The notes under the pieces: generated by a model
Told to the model about the DNA's origin: nothing
Database searches by the model: none
What the model saw: the letters and a program-made list of their open reading frames with translations, nothing else
NCBI GenBank assembly: GCA_030324005.1
Contig: JARDVH010000099.1
Location: 63,157,418 to 63,220,199, forward strand
DNA: 62,782 bases
From: Negaprion brevirostris
Taxonomy: Eukaryota
Direction of reading: 5' to 3'
Shown: positions 26,942 through 39,789 of the stretch, one piece after another
How positions within the stretch are numbered: the stretch's first letter is position 1
How the letters are laid out: the number at the start of each line of letters is the position of its first letter
Made by a program: the position numbers and the translations under genes

Positions 26942-28682
26942 GTAAGTTTTGCAAGTTTGGGGGATTTAAATCAAGAGAGGTAAAGTAACAGCAAAACATT
27001 ACTTGGTATTTTCTGGTCTATTTTGAAGCAAAAGGACTCACAGTTCAGTACATGTTTGTGATATCCTCACTGAGATGGGCTAAAACCCAACCTAGTTCCT
27101 ATCTTAAGGATTTAACACTACAACATGAGTACTTTCATAAGGTTGGTGGCATAAATAGGGGCATTCGAAGTGGAGGAGTTAATGGTAATTACAGGAGATT
27201 AAAGTCACATGTTTATGGTAATTTGTATTCACCACTGAACTATGAATAAAGACATTTCAAACAGATTAGGGTAAGTATTGGAAACAAGAAAACACGGCAG
27301 ATGCTGCACACAGGAAAATAAACTGTTTGCCTATTAGTCCTGAAACACAGTCAATTTACAGAGCAACATCTCTGCTGAGAAGGAAAAGAGAAGAAACAGT
27401 TCATTGTCCACGATGCAGGTTTCCGTGGTGAGGTAGAGTGTGATATATTATAATAACAAAGGGCTCTGAAATCTGCTAAGGTAGGTGGTCGCTGAATGTG
27501 GAAAACCCTATGTGCACATGTGAGGTTTGCCAATCAATATAAAAAAATGAATAAGATAACTTAAAATTCATTTTCTGTTTCCTTTAAAAAGAATTGTAAC
27601 AAATCTGCTTGAATAAAAAGTTTAAGAGTTCCTTTGTAGTTTCACTCATAGAAAGGAAAACTACCCCACCTGAATTTTAGCAATTTCAAATTAAAAATTC
27701 TTACTCAAATCAAATTGCTTATTTTTTTTCCTTCAAAGATTCTAACAGTTTTGAGTTCATGACACCAACAATAAGTTTAAGTTTTCTTGTCTGAGTCATT
27801 GGGTCCTCTTTTAAATAAAGTGGAATACTTTGGTCATACACTCAGGAGCACCAAAAGGTCAAAGTGATCATCAGGATCCAAACATTTTTGTACAAATGCA
27901 AAGATGTTGCCACCAGAGGTTGAGAAAGAGGATGTGGGAAATCATTTGGTTATACTGGGTATGTTTCAAAATAGATTTTGTTGATCTAACAGGTACTGGG
28001 GATTCTACATAGTGCATGAAATCTATTTCCTCTTCACTTAACAAACAATATACACAGCAAAATATAAATTTAGTTCCATTCTGCACCCCCCCCCCAAAAA
28101 TATTTAGGGATGAGGTAAAGGTGATAATAACTACTGAGAAACTGAGCCATAGGAGCCGTTAGCCTGCTGAGTGTTTTCAGGCAAGTTTCCTAGTCTGTAC
28201 TGAATTAGCTGATATCTCAGTTGGCAGAAGCAGACTCAAGAAGAAAAATCAGCCAGCTCATAGTCAAGTTGTTTTAAACCATAAACCTAACAAAAGTTGA
28301 TCAATTGCTTTGAAAAGCTAACAGGTGAAAGCAGTCTAGGAATTGGACTTACGATACTGAAAGTTCAGTGGCCCTGGGCTTGTCATAATTAAGGCTGTAG
28401 GATAACTCCAACACTGTCATTTGCGGAACAAGTGGCATAATTTGAAATTATTGCATATTCTCTACTAAGATATCGTAGGTTCTTATTAACAAGTTTGATA
28501 CTCTAATGTTCCTAAAGCCAATCGATAATCACCACCAGACATCCCAAAGTGTTTTTACAAGTGTAATTGCCGTTATAATGTAGTAATACAGTGGTCAACT
28601 TCGCACAAGCAGCGATGTGTATAATGATCAGATAACTTGTTCTGTGATGTTGATTTTCTTTAAAGTTATTTGTTCACAGGAA

Positions 28683-28930
28683 GTTTTATAAGTGAGAGTA
28701 TGGTGAATGAGCAAGAAACCGGAATGAGGTCACGAGATCAGCCATAATCATATTAAACGACAGAGCAGGCTTGAGGGCTAAATTGCCTACTCCTGCTCCT
28801 ATAAGAACATAAGAAACATAAGGAACATAAGAAATAGGAGCAGGAGTAGGCCATCTAGCCCTTCGAGCCTGCCTCGCCATTCAAAAAGATCATGGCTGAT
28901 CTGTAGTGGCTCAGTTCTTATGTTCTTGTG
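28683..28930. mobile_element. Two CR1 3' ends, a minus copy inserted in the tail of a plus copy
   Basis: ctactcctgctcctat ... ataggagcaggagtag inverted repeat; plus-strand tail ttcttatgttctt resumes at 28915. Confidence 0.8.
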
Positions 28931-29123
28931 AAATGGGCATCATTGCCTGGGCCACCATGTATTCCCCATTCATAATTGTCCCAAGAAGGTGGCAGTGAGC
29001 TGCCTTCTTGAACTGCTGCAATCCATATGATGTAGGAATACTCAGGATGCTGTTAGAAAGGGAGTTACAGGATTCTGACCTAGTGACAGTGAAGGAAGAC
29101 TGATATAGTTCAAAGTCAGGATG

Positions 29124-29828
29124 ATTTGATTTTGATTTGATTTGACTTATTATTGTCATATGCATTAGTATACAGTGAAAAGTATTATTTCTTGCGGGCT
29201 ATACAGACAAAGCACAACACTCACGGAGAAGAAAAGGTCAGGGTGCAGAACGTAGTGTTACAGTCATAGCTAAGGTGTAGGGAAGATCAACTTAATAGGA
29301 GGTAAGTCCATTCAAAAGTCTGATGGTAGCAGGAAGGAGCTGTTCTTGAGTCGGTTGGGATGTGACCTCAGATTTTTGTATGTTTTTCCCAATGGAAGAA
29401 ATTGGAAAAGAGTATGTCCAGGATGGGTGGGGTCTTTGATTATGGTTTTCGGAGGCTGCGGGAAGTGTAGACAGAGTCAATGGATGGGAGGCTGGCTTGT
29501 GTGATGAACTGGGCTTCTTTCACGACTCTTTGTAGTTTATTGCGGTCTTGGACAGTGCAGGGGCCATACTAAGTTGTGATACAACCAGAAAGGATGTTTT
29601 CTATGGTGCATCAGTAAAANNNNNNNNNNNNNNNNNNNNNNNNNTGAATTTCCTTAGTCTTCTGAGGTGTTGGTGGGCTTTCTTAACAATGGCATCAGCG
29701 TGGAGGGACCAGGACAGGTTGTTGGTGATCTGGACACCAAGAAACTTGAAGCTCTTGACTATTTTCACTTCATCCCCATTGACGTAGGCAGAGTGCGTTT
29801 CCTGAAGATGATGACTATCTCCTTCATT
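29124..29828 (-). mobile_element. Rex1/Babar LINE, 5'-truncated
   Basis: VKSFKFLGVQITNNLSWSLHADAIVKKAHQ motif; (AAATC)n tail; gatg on both flanks. Confidence 0.9.
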
Positions 29829-29882
29829 GATGGGGTGTGTTTTGGAAAGCAGCTTGCAGGTGGTGGTGTTCCCATGCATCTG

Positions 29883-31239
29883 AATTGATTCCAGAGATGA
29901 GAGGTTTGACTTATGAAGAGAGATTGGGCAGTTTAGCCCTACATTCCCTGGAGTTTAGAAAAATAAAGACATCTAATTGAGGTGTAGCCGATTGTTAGGG
30001 AAATTTCAAATAATCAGAGATTTAAGACACTGATAAAACAACTAACCCTAAGTGAAATGACTCCAGATCAGATTTACAGGGGTACTGTCTGCATAAAGAC
30101 ACGTATACCACATTAAGACATCTAAACAAGTAAGAGATTTGAACAAGTATTTCTGATTTAAACACGTATTTTGAATTTTAAAAAGGTATTCTTAAAGTAA
30201 TCTGTACACTTAGTCAAAGGCAGGATGCCCTGGAGCATGGTGGGAAGAAGACTGGGTGAGATGAACCACATTCTTTGGAACAATGAAACCACAGAATGTG
30301 TATATTCTTATCAGCATAAGGACGGACAGTATGGGTTCCTAAAGCCATAGTATGAATAGAGCTGTTCATTTTCTACTGATAAAATAGTGCTTCTCAGAGA
30401 TGGGAATATCAACTGTCTGGATTGACCATTGACGTAACTGAGGGTTGGTGAAAACAGTACCTTTGAACTCTACAGCTAAGCATCAGGGATTGCTAAGCGA
30501 TGGGCAGGGCGGGGGTGTGGAGTAGTATCCAGATTCTACGAATCAATGAAATCTCATGATGTGAGGGGATAGGATGTAATTGGCTAAGGTATATGACAAC
30601 TGTTAACAATGATTGATTTGTACTAATGATGACTGGTTCATAACTAACAGGAAGGTGAGAAAAGGGAACTTGAAAATGTATAATTGTCCTGCCTGATGTA
30701 CTGTAACTCTGGAGTGGTATTAGGGTGCTCAGGGACTTCTCTTTAGAGAGATGCTGGACTGCCTAATGCTATCTCTCCCAGCGATCTTTCGTCAAATAAA
30801 GATAGGTCTTTAACCAGGATACTGATTTCGCGAGCGTTAGCTGAAGTTTTTGCCAATAAGTCTCTGAAAAATTCTGCAATACAGGTGACGAGGGGAATTG
30901 ACAGGGTAGACATGGAGAGAATATTTTCCCATGTATGGCAATCTACAACAAGAAATCATAGTTTTAGGATAAAAGGGGTGGCAGATTTAAAACAGAGATG
31001 AGGAGAAATTACTTCACTCAAAGTGTTTTGAGTCTGCAGAATTCACTATCCGAGGGCTGGGACTTTGAATAACTTAAGGAAGAGGGATACAGATTTTTAA
31101 TTAGTAAGGGTTTGAAGGGCTATGGTGAAAGGGCAGAAAAGTTGAGGCCGAGATGAGATTGTTTTAATGACACAGCAGGCTCATGGGGGTTTATTGCCTG
31201 CTCTTCCTCCTAGTTCTAATGGTTCTTATGATTCTTATG
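29883..31239 (+). mobile_element. CR1 LINE 3' part split by a solo LTR
   Basis: atctg direct repeat at 29878-29882 and 31240-31244; tail ttcttatgattcttatg. Confidence 0.85.
29993..30881 (+). mobile_element. Solo LTR (889 bp)
   Basis: Interrupts CR1; TGTTAG start, TATAA at ~30680, AATAAA at ~30796, ends caata like 21523-22227. Confidence 0.7.
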
Positions 31240-32355
31240 ATCTGGTGCCCTTATCCATCCAGGTGGTACAGGTCTCAGGTATGGAAGATTGAGATATAAA
31301 TATTAGCCAGGACACAAATAAATAACTTTTTCTTTAAATGGTGCCATGGGTTCTTTTATGTCCACCTTATAGGCTCTAGTTTGACAATTCATCCTCAGTA
31401 TTGCACCAGACTGTCAGCCTGATCTTTGTGTTCAAGTCCTGGAATGGTCATTGAACCTACAACCTTCTCATTCAGAGATAACCAACTAAAAGACGACTGA
31501 CACCTAAACATTTTAAAAAATTGTTGTGATAAAGACATTGAGAATTCTTCTCTTTCCTCCCATACAACTTGTGCTGCAAATTCTCTCTCTTTGATTTCAT
31601 GGTTGAATTTTCCTTCTTTCCATTAATGTATCTTCAACCAATGACCACTTCTTCATTCCCCATCAGATAAGGATGGTGCCATCATCCTTTCCCAGAGTAC
31701 TCTGGCCTTTTCATCCTCCCTTCAATTGATTTGATAATAAATTGCAGCATCCAGTTAATTTTCTTTATTGTTGCTGCACGGTTTGAATATTGCAATGAAC
31801 AACTTGGATCACTTTCAAATTCTGCTTGGCAAGCTTTCCCGAATCCAAGGAGTATTCGTGGATTTTACTTCTAACTTGGGTGGTGACCATCACAAAATGT
31901 TTACGAGGTTTATCACAAACAATGAACAAAAATCTGCCTTACAGATTCTGCTTTTATGTTTTTCTCTAAAATAAGGTTCACTTAACAATAAAAATCCAAT
32001 CTTCTTGATAGATGTATACTAAAGTGTGGTAATTGGAGTTTGTTGCACCAGTTTGATCAGCATTCTTTAAAAGGAGGAAAGTCTTGCATCCCACACCCAA
32101 AGACTGTCTGAAAATTTGCCACCCCACTTCCAGGTCAAAATATTTGCATGCATCTTGCCCATTACAAAATTAATTAAGGGACATATTTTATTATTTCATC
32201 CAATGTGAACATTGCTGGTTAGGGCAACATTTGTTGCTCATTCTTAACTGCCATGGAAAAGGTGGTAAGCACCTTCTTAAAATGCTGCTGTCCATCTGGT
32301 GCAAGTATATTTACAATGCTGTTCGGAAAGGCGTTATAGAATTTTGACGCCACAA

Positions 32356-32537
32356 CAATGAAGGAACAGAGATATGGGCGCCATTTTTCAAGAAATATTG
32401 TAGTGTCCAGCTAGCATGAAAATTGGAGAGTTGCAGATCCATTTTTTGAGCAAGTTTTTAATCCCAATCCTACGCACTTAGTGCATGAAAAAAATGAGAT
32501 AGACTGCCTTGAGCTACTAGAGGCAGTGGGTGAGGCT
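32356..32537. mobile_element. Probable terminus of a non-autonomous DNA transposon, running into the largest gap
   Basis: Abrupt start gggcgccatttt interrupting a CR1-type fragment; resembles recalled shark PIF/Harbinger-like ends. Other end not visible. Confidence 0.35.
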
Positions 32538-34163
32538 NNNNNNNNNNNNNNNNNNNNNNNNNNNNNNNNNNNNNNNNNNNNNNNNNNNNNNNNNNNNNNN
32601 NNNNNNNNNNNNNNNNNNNNNNNNNNNNNNNNNNNNNNNNNNNNNNNNNNNNNNNNNNNNNNNNNNNNNNNNNNNNNNNNNNNNNNNNNNNNNNNNNNNN
32701 NNNNNNNNNNNNNNNNNNNNNNNNNNNNNNNNNNNNNNNNNNNNNNNNNNNNNNNNNNNNNNNNNNNNNNNNNNNNNNNNNNNNNNNNNNNNNNNNNNNN
32801 NNNNNNNNNNNNNNNNNNNNNNNNNNNNNNNNNNNNNNNNNNNNNNNNNNNNNNNNNNNNNNNNNNNNNNNNNNNNNNNNNNNNNNNNNNNNNNNNNNNN
32901 NNNNNNNNNNNNNNNNNNNNNNNNNNNNNNNNNNNNNNNNNNNNNNNNNNNNNNNNNNNNNNNNNNNNNNNNNNNNNNNNNNNNNNNNNNNNNNNNNNNN
33001 NNNNNNNNNNNNNNNNNNNNNNNNNNNNNNNNNNNNNNNNNNNNNNNNNNNNNNNNNNNNNNNNNNNNNNNNNNNNNNNNNNNNNNNNNNNNNNNNNNNN
33101 NNNNNNNNNNNNNNNNNNNNNNNNNNNNNNNNNNNNNNNNNNNNNNNNNNNNNNNNNNNNNNNNNNNNNNNNNNNNNNNNNNNNNNNNNNNNNNNNNNNN
33201 NNNNNNNNNNNNNNNNNNNNNNNNNNNNNNNNNNNNNNNNNNNNNNNNNNNNNNNNNNNNNNNNNNNNNNNNNNNNNNNNNNNNNNNNNNNNNNNNNNNN
33301 NNNNNNNNNNNNNNNNNNNNNNNNNNNNNNNNNNNNNNNNNNNNNNNNNGGGAATATTTCATCACACTCCTGACTTACACCTTGTAGATGGAATAATACA
33401 CATTTTGGATCCTTTTAAGCAAACTGGATATTGCAGAGGGGAGCAGACTGAGCCTGTCTATTCCATGATTTTTCAATGGCTGCTGCATTCTGAGCAGTGA
33501 CCAGAAAAGATGCTCTTCTGCCCCTCTACTGCCAACCCTATCCAACACCATCATCATGCTGCCAGAAAGCCTGGCCCTTTAATATTCACTTTTTTTCTCT
33601 AATCAATGAGCTGCTGACTGAGGAGCTGCACACTCAGTTAACATTAAAGAGTCCCAGACTCGAGTTATACTGCATCCACATTAACATCTAAACGGAGTGA
33701 AGTCGGTGCAGTGACTACATTTGACTGTCTAACTCCTATACATCAGGCATCAGACATCAGGGAGATAGAAATACGTCAATACTCTATCTTAAAGTACCTA
33801 GTACAAAAAGTTGGCTTTTTAATTACATCTCACTATATATCTTCAGTAGGCTATTTAAATTGTCAGAGGCTTGGTTCATCATCTTCAAAACAGCTTCATG
33901 GATGTTTAAGCCATCATCCATGACATCCAGTGGATATTTACTCAGCCTGTTGCATGCAGGAGTAATAGTTGATTTCCTCTTTTTACATGTTGGAGATTCA
34001 AAGGAGGTAGAGGGTAGATCTCAAACAAGCTTGGTCCAATTCAGGGGTCCTTCTGAAACAGTTAGAGGGAGATGAGCAGGAGTGGACCTGAAAGTTATCA
34101 AAGAAACACTATTTAAAACAATAGTCCAGAATTTTCTTCAGTCCCATGGCTTTTAGCGTAGAA

Positions 34164-34258
34164 TGATGTGGATATGCCGGTGTTGGACTGGGGTAAACAC
34201 AGTAAATTTCTGACAACACCAAGTTGGACTGAAACCTGGTGTTGTCAGACTTTTACTG
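34164..34258. mobile_element. 95-bp Penelope-type end fragment with hairpin and 13-bp TSD
   Basis: tctgacaacacca...tggtgttgtcaga inverted repeat; flanks ttttagcgtagaa (34151-34163) and ttttagcatagaa (34259-34271). Confidence 0.7.
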
Positions 34259-37200
34259 TTTTAGCATAGAAGGCATAATCATTTGATACTTTCCATGTTC
34301 CACAGTGGGATAATCAAACTGTCATGATTTATAATTTAAGTTTGCTGTTTTGTTTTGCTTTTGTTAACTTATCCATTCACTGTAATACAACATTTGTTCA
34401 CCAGCTCATAGTCAAAGTCACAGTCTGAACAACTGCTTCAATACCTCTGTTCTTCATATAAGTATTTAAAAATAGTTAGGTCAGCAATATATGCTTGGGG
34501 TAATCACCAGCCCATATCAGAACGAAATCCATCAGTTTTTGGAATATGGCAGATACATTTTTCATTTTGAAAAGCCAAACTGTAAACTCATACAGTCCTG
34601 GCAGTGCGATTACATCTGAGCAGAATTGATTCTCCACGCTAACTGGCAAATGCAATAAATTTTGTTTATGAACACAGTTGCGAGCTATTTGCTGCCCTCA
34701 AGTTTCCAAGAATAATCTATTCGAAACTCATGTGATCCTTATCATTCTGAGAGACCAATTATTACCAGCAACTCATGTTATTTGACATGGGTATTATGCA
34801 CAGAAGCACTAATTTTTAAAAAAATTATACTTATCTCATGTACANNNNNNNNNNNNNNNNNNNNNNNNNNNNNNNNNNNNNNNNNNNNNNNNNNNNNNNN
34901 NNNNNNNNNNNNNNNNNNNNNNNNNNNNNNNNNNNNNNNNNNNNCTCATGTACAAACTATTTTGCATGGCCCAGTTTGCTCATAGAAGTAGGCAAAAAAG
35001 GTAACAATTTCTTGCTGTGAGAACTGTTGGACTAAGACAAGCCATTTGCAATAACCTTCAGATAATAAACTTCCTTGTGAGAAATACATATGTTTGAACA
35101 TATTTAGATAGTAGACCAAACATTTGCAATCATTGATTATGTACCCCAGTGACATACTGAACTTCACAATGCACTTCCACACAACATTTAGCCTAAAAAT
35201 TTGTAACTTTCCTGCTTCACTGGTAATAGCATCTGATAGACCAATACCTAAGAATGTNNNNNNNNNNAATTAGCATTTATGTAGTTCAGTTACCAAGACC
35301 TGGAGAATTTTTGGAATGTTAGAGCTATACTTGCTTGTCAGTACATCATACAATAACGACATGCATTTATATAAAGTTTTTATGTCGAAAAGTGTCCTAA
35401 AGTACCTCATGGAAGTGTATTCTGACAAAAGTCTGCTAATTTGAGCTGTTGTACAACAGTGAAGTTGTCAGTATGTATGAGGTTACATCGATGCTTATGT
35501 TATGACATGGATCTGGGTATCAAATTGGACACTTGGTCAAAACTGCACAACAGAGGTAAACAACTGAAAGCTCAATACGAGGCTATGTGAGCCATACTTT
35601 TGACTATAATGTTAAAAATCAACAGTACAACAGAAATATCAGAGAGGCCCACAAAGCTGGTTAGTGTGAAAATTGGTAATTGGCACATTGGTTGCAGGAC
35701 CTGGTCTTCTGAGGCTCTGATAAAAGTGCATTACTGAAGCAAAGTACACAGAACTTCATCCTGTTATCTGTGACCTGGGACAGCTTGATGCAAACAATGG
35801 ATAGCAAAGTCCAAAGAGGTTTGGTTCCCCACTTAAATCCCTCACTTTGCTAAGCACAATTAGAAAAGTGAAGTGAATAATAAGGAAATAAACAAAAAGG
35901 TGTAACAAAATACTGAAAACTGAAGCTTTTTGACAAAAAAAGCTTCCCCATCTTAAACTCAAGGTAGGCAATATAGACCTAAAAATTACACTTCCATTTA
36001 AACTCCACACTTAATTCTCAAATTTCTACCTGGTGCACCTTAAAACAATTTCAAATTAACAAACACAAGTAATTTCCTGCCATCCAAACACCTTTATTAT
36101 TTTTGAGTTATTTACGCACAGCCACCGGCTGAAGAAAGGTTAAAGCTTATGGCAAGNNNNNNNNNNNNNNNNNNNNNNNNNNNNTTTTTGCTGTTTCGTT
36201 ATGCATTGTTCTTGTCATTCGTTTAATCAGACTCAACTGAAAAATTAATTTTTGCTATCCACATTTTTCTGATATATTAAAAGTGTAACCATACTGAAAT
36301 GTTCATATTTTACATTACTTAACAAGGCCAACACTGCTCTACAACACAAAGGAAACTTCAGCACTGAGGCATTGCAAAGAAGATCAATTTCTAAAGAAAT
36401 TAAAACTTGCAAAGAAACTTCCTTTGCTGTATTTTTTATTCAGCCTGTAAAACACACAGATAGTTAAATGTTAGAACGACATATCTGAGTCACCAGACTC
36501 CAGAATAGAATTGCAAACGAACATCCGTATTTTTCTGCCTTACCAGTAGTGTAATTCTAAGCGTATGCCATCAGTCATTTAAGAAAAATGCATGCCTTAT
36601 TCCAAACCAAAAGTGGTAGGGGAACAAAGATATGTTGCCAAGTGGGGTGTGAGCAAAGCTTTGCGTGGGGCAAAATATCACATATCTACTATAGATATCT
36701 CAGTTCTTGTGATTTTTTTAAAAACACATTTAGTTGTAACATTAAAGCAGCATCAGGATGAATAACAGATTTCCTTCCATGAAACTAATGCAGTGACTTT
36801 AAGAACTGGGAGCTCATTTATGAGGCAACAACCTTTTTGAAATGAAGTACGGTCAAAACTGCAAGAGAATCTTCTCAGAAAATCCTCAGACATAAATGAG
36901 TGACAGGTACTTCATACATCACTCCAGCTGGACCTTAATCTTTCCACTGCTGAATTACTTTTTCAGCTTTCCAAATAATCACATGGTTATACAAAAAGGA
37001 CCTACAAAGATGATGTTTCTTTCTGCTTACATACTTCTACTGTAATTCTGATTATGTCTCCAATACTGTTTTGTCATAAAGAATTGCAAAATATTTCCCA
37101 ATTAAAAAGCTATGATATCCTAAAAATTGCTTTAAAACATTTTTTTAAATATGAAATCCTTTTTACCGTCCTCGATTAGCTATATATTCATATCATGGAA

Positions 37201-37937
37201 TATAAAATTAAACCAATTTAGATAAGCACAGATATAGACTAGAAATAACATTATTACAAATGCACTTAAGATCATTTCAATCATAACTGCACTCTTTCCT
37301 CAAGTAGAAACCTCTTGGAAGGTGAAATGACTTGGGATCATAAAGTCTATAGGGCAAAAGACATTAAAAAGTAAGATCTGATTTAATAACAGAAGGTTTT
37401 ATTTAAATGCACATTGTGTTGTTTAATGAGATGGAGAGCCCAAAAATCATTGTAAGTTATTTTTTTCTGCTCCCGGACATGAGACAAATCGCAAGCAATG
37501 AAATTGCAACAGTAAAAGGCAAAACACAGATGACACAGCTTACTGGGTGACAGGGATAGCGGAAGGAAAATATTAACGATTTTGCACTGGAAAATATTAA
37601 TGATTTTCTGAACAAAGAAATCAGATAAATGAGAAATCCATACCCACCCAGAAACTCCAAACACCTAAGTTTTGGGATTCTTAACTAGAGCAGAGAACTT
37701 GAAGCACAATACCAAAGTTTGCTAATATTCAGTATTCAGGCTTCTGCAATCTCTTTGCTGGATCTACTGAAGGAAGGACAAAAAGGACAGCCTTCCCATT
37801 ACTGAAGTGCAAACTCATTGCGGGTCAGCAGGTATTTGTTCTTACAACAATAAGGGGAGATGTCAACAGACTGAACTCCTCTTTGTTCCAAACTGTAAAC
37901 ACGTGAGGAAATTAACTTGAGAAGGGAAGAAATACAG

Positions 37938-39225
37938 TACATAAGAACATAAGAAATAGGAGCAGGGGTAGGCCATTTAGCCCTTTGAGCCTGCCCCGCC
38001 ATTCAACAAGATCATGGCTGATCTGAAGTGGATCAGTTCCACTTTCCCGCTTTTTCCCCATAACTCTTAATCCCCTTGTCTATCAGAAACCTGATAGACA
38101 GGACCAGATAACCATCATTAGAGAGAAGGTATTCAATGAACCAAGGGGTTTAAAGGCAGATGAGTCTTTAGGACCTGATGGTCGGTACCTTAGGGTATTA
38201 AAAGAGGTGGCAGCAGAAATAGTGGACGCATTGGTTGTGATATTTCAAAATTCCTTGTATTCTGGTAAGGTCCCGATGGATTGGAAACATGCTAATGTGA
38301 TACCCCTGTACAAAAAGGGAGAGAGGCAAAAGGTAGGAAACTATAGGCCAGTTAGCTTGACCACTATGGTGGGGAAGTTCCTGGAATCAGTCATAAGGGA
38401 GATGAATGAGCATTTGCAAAGACAAAGCTCAATCTACCGTTGTTAACATGGTTTTATGAAGGGTAAACCATGCTTAACAAATTTGCTTGAGTTCTTTGAG
38501 GACATAGCAAGCAATGTGGATAATGGGGAACCTGTGCATGTGGTATATCTAGATTTCCAGACGTATTTGACAAGACACTACATAAAAGGCTGATCCAGAA
38601 GGTGAGATTGCAGGTGATTGGGAGTAGAATACTAGATTGGATTAAGGATTGGCTGACTGACAGAAAGCAGAGTGTCAGAATAAATGGGTCCTTCTCTGGC
38701 TGGAGAAATGTAACTAGTGGGGTGCCACAAGGGGTCTGTCCTTGGACCTCAACAGTTTACAATCTATATACATGATCTGCAAGCAGGGACGGAGTGTAAC
38801 ATTGCAAAATTTGTGGATGATACTAAAATAGGCAGGGAAAGCAGACAATGAAGAGGGTATAAAGATTTTACAGATGGATTTAGATAGGCTAGGAGTATGG
38901 ACCAAAATTTGGCAGATGGAGTTTAATAAGACAATAAAACATAGGAGCAGAATTAGGTCACTCAGCCCATTGAGTCTGCTCCATCATTCAATCATGGCTG
39001 ATATTTTTCTCATCCCCNNNNNNNNNNNNNNNNNNNNNNNNNNNNNNNNNNNNNNNNNNNNNNNNNNNNNNNNNNNNNNNNNNNNNNNNNNNNNNNNNNN
39101 NNNNNNNNNNNNNNNNNCCCTTGTCTATCAGAAACCTATCTACCCGTGACTTAAATATATTCAGTGAGGTAGCCTCCACCACTTCAATGGGCAGTGAATT
39201 CCAGAGATTCACCACCCTTTGAGTG
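37938..39225. mobile_element. Nested CR1 trio: minus host, plus RT fragment (38093-38929), second minus 3' end (38930-gap)
   Basis: VPMDWKHANVIPLYKKG...NYRPVSLT and WQMEFN on +; cccttgtctatcagaaacct at 38073-38092 and 39118-39137. Confidence 0.85.
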
Positions 39226-39789
39226 TTTCTGCTAATCAAACCAAGTTAAAGTCCAAGGGTTTAACCTGATATGTTTTGTCAGAAAAGATGTGAAGAAGAA
39301 TTGTCTCCCCTTAATTCATTTACATGGACAAAAATATGACTTTCTTCCGATTTCTATCTATAACTAACACAATCGGATGCGCAAAGGAAGTTTGGAGAGA
39401 CTTCCTGTGATTCTTGCTCTTTTTTCCCTCCCAAACTGCTCAGTCAAGATCCAGAGCTCTCTGCTGTTGGAAATAGTGATCTGGAAACCTGCATTCTGCC
39501 AATGACATATCCTGGAGCACATATGGATTGTACTACCATGAAGCCATGTGATCAGACTAATTTAGCATGTTTAGAGGTTCAATCTTTTCAGATTTCTGCT
39601 CCCTCCATTTTCATTCCTCCAATCTTGGGGACCAATGTATCATTTCTGCACAAAAATAAACTGATTTATTTTCATCAAAATGACCACATCCTTTTAAAGT
39701 TTTAATTTGTCCTTTGTCTCATTTATAGTACTTACAATAAATCTACAAAAATTACTGGAGCTATTTACGATACTTATGATAAATCTATG

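Larger units (their letters stand above)
28500..31508 (-). mobile_element. Deu-domain SINE split into 28500-28655 and 31291-31508 by a stack of nested insertions
   Basis: Halves rejoin as tgatgttgatt|gagatataaatattagccaggac; gatt duplicated at 28652 and 31287. Confidence 0.7.

Noticed and set aside
28800-28835. Short repeats (aagaacat)n resembling an array
   Set aside because: CR1 3' microsatellite tail, not a CRISPR-like repeat-spacer structure.
31520-32160. Non-repeat stretch that might be a second retrocopy or viral relic
   Set aside because: The frames examined are interrupted and no motif could be recognised; needs a BLASTX search.
32481-33500. Long ORFs of 282-339 aa and other X-rich ORFs
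   Set aside because: They are artefacts of translating through N gaps.
37740-37831. Possible + strand 92-nt exon
   Set aside because: Weak splice sites; it ends in phase 0, incompatible with the downstream phase-1 exons.
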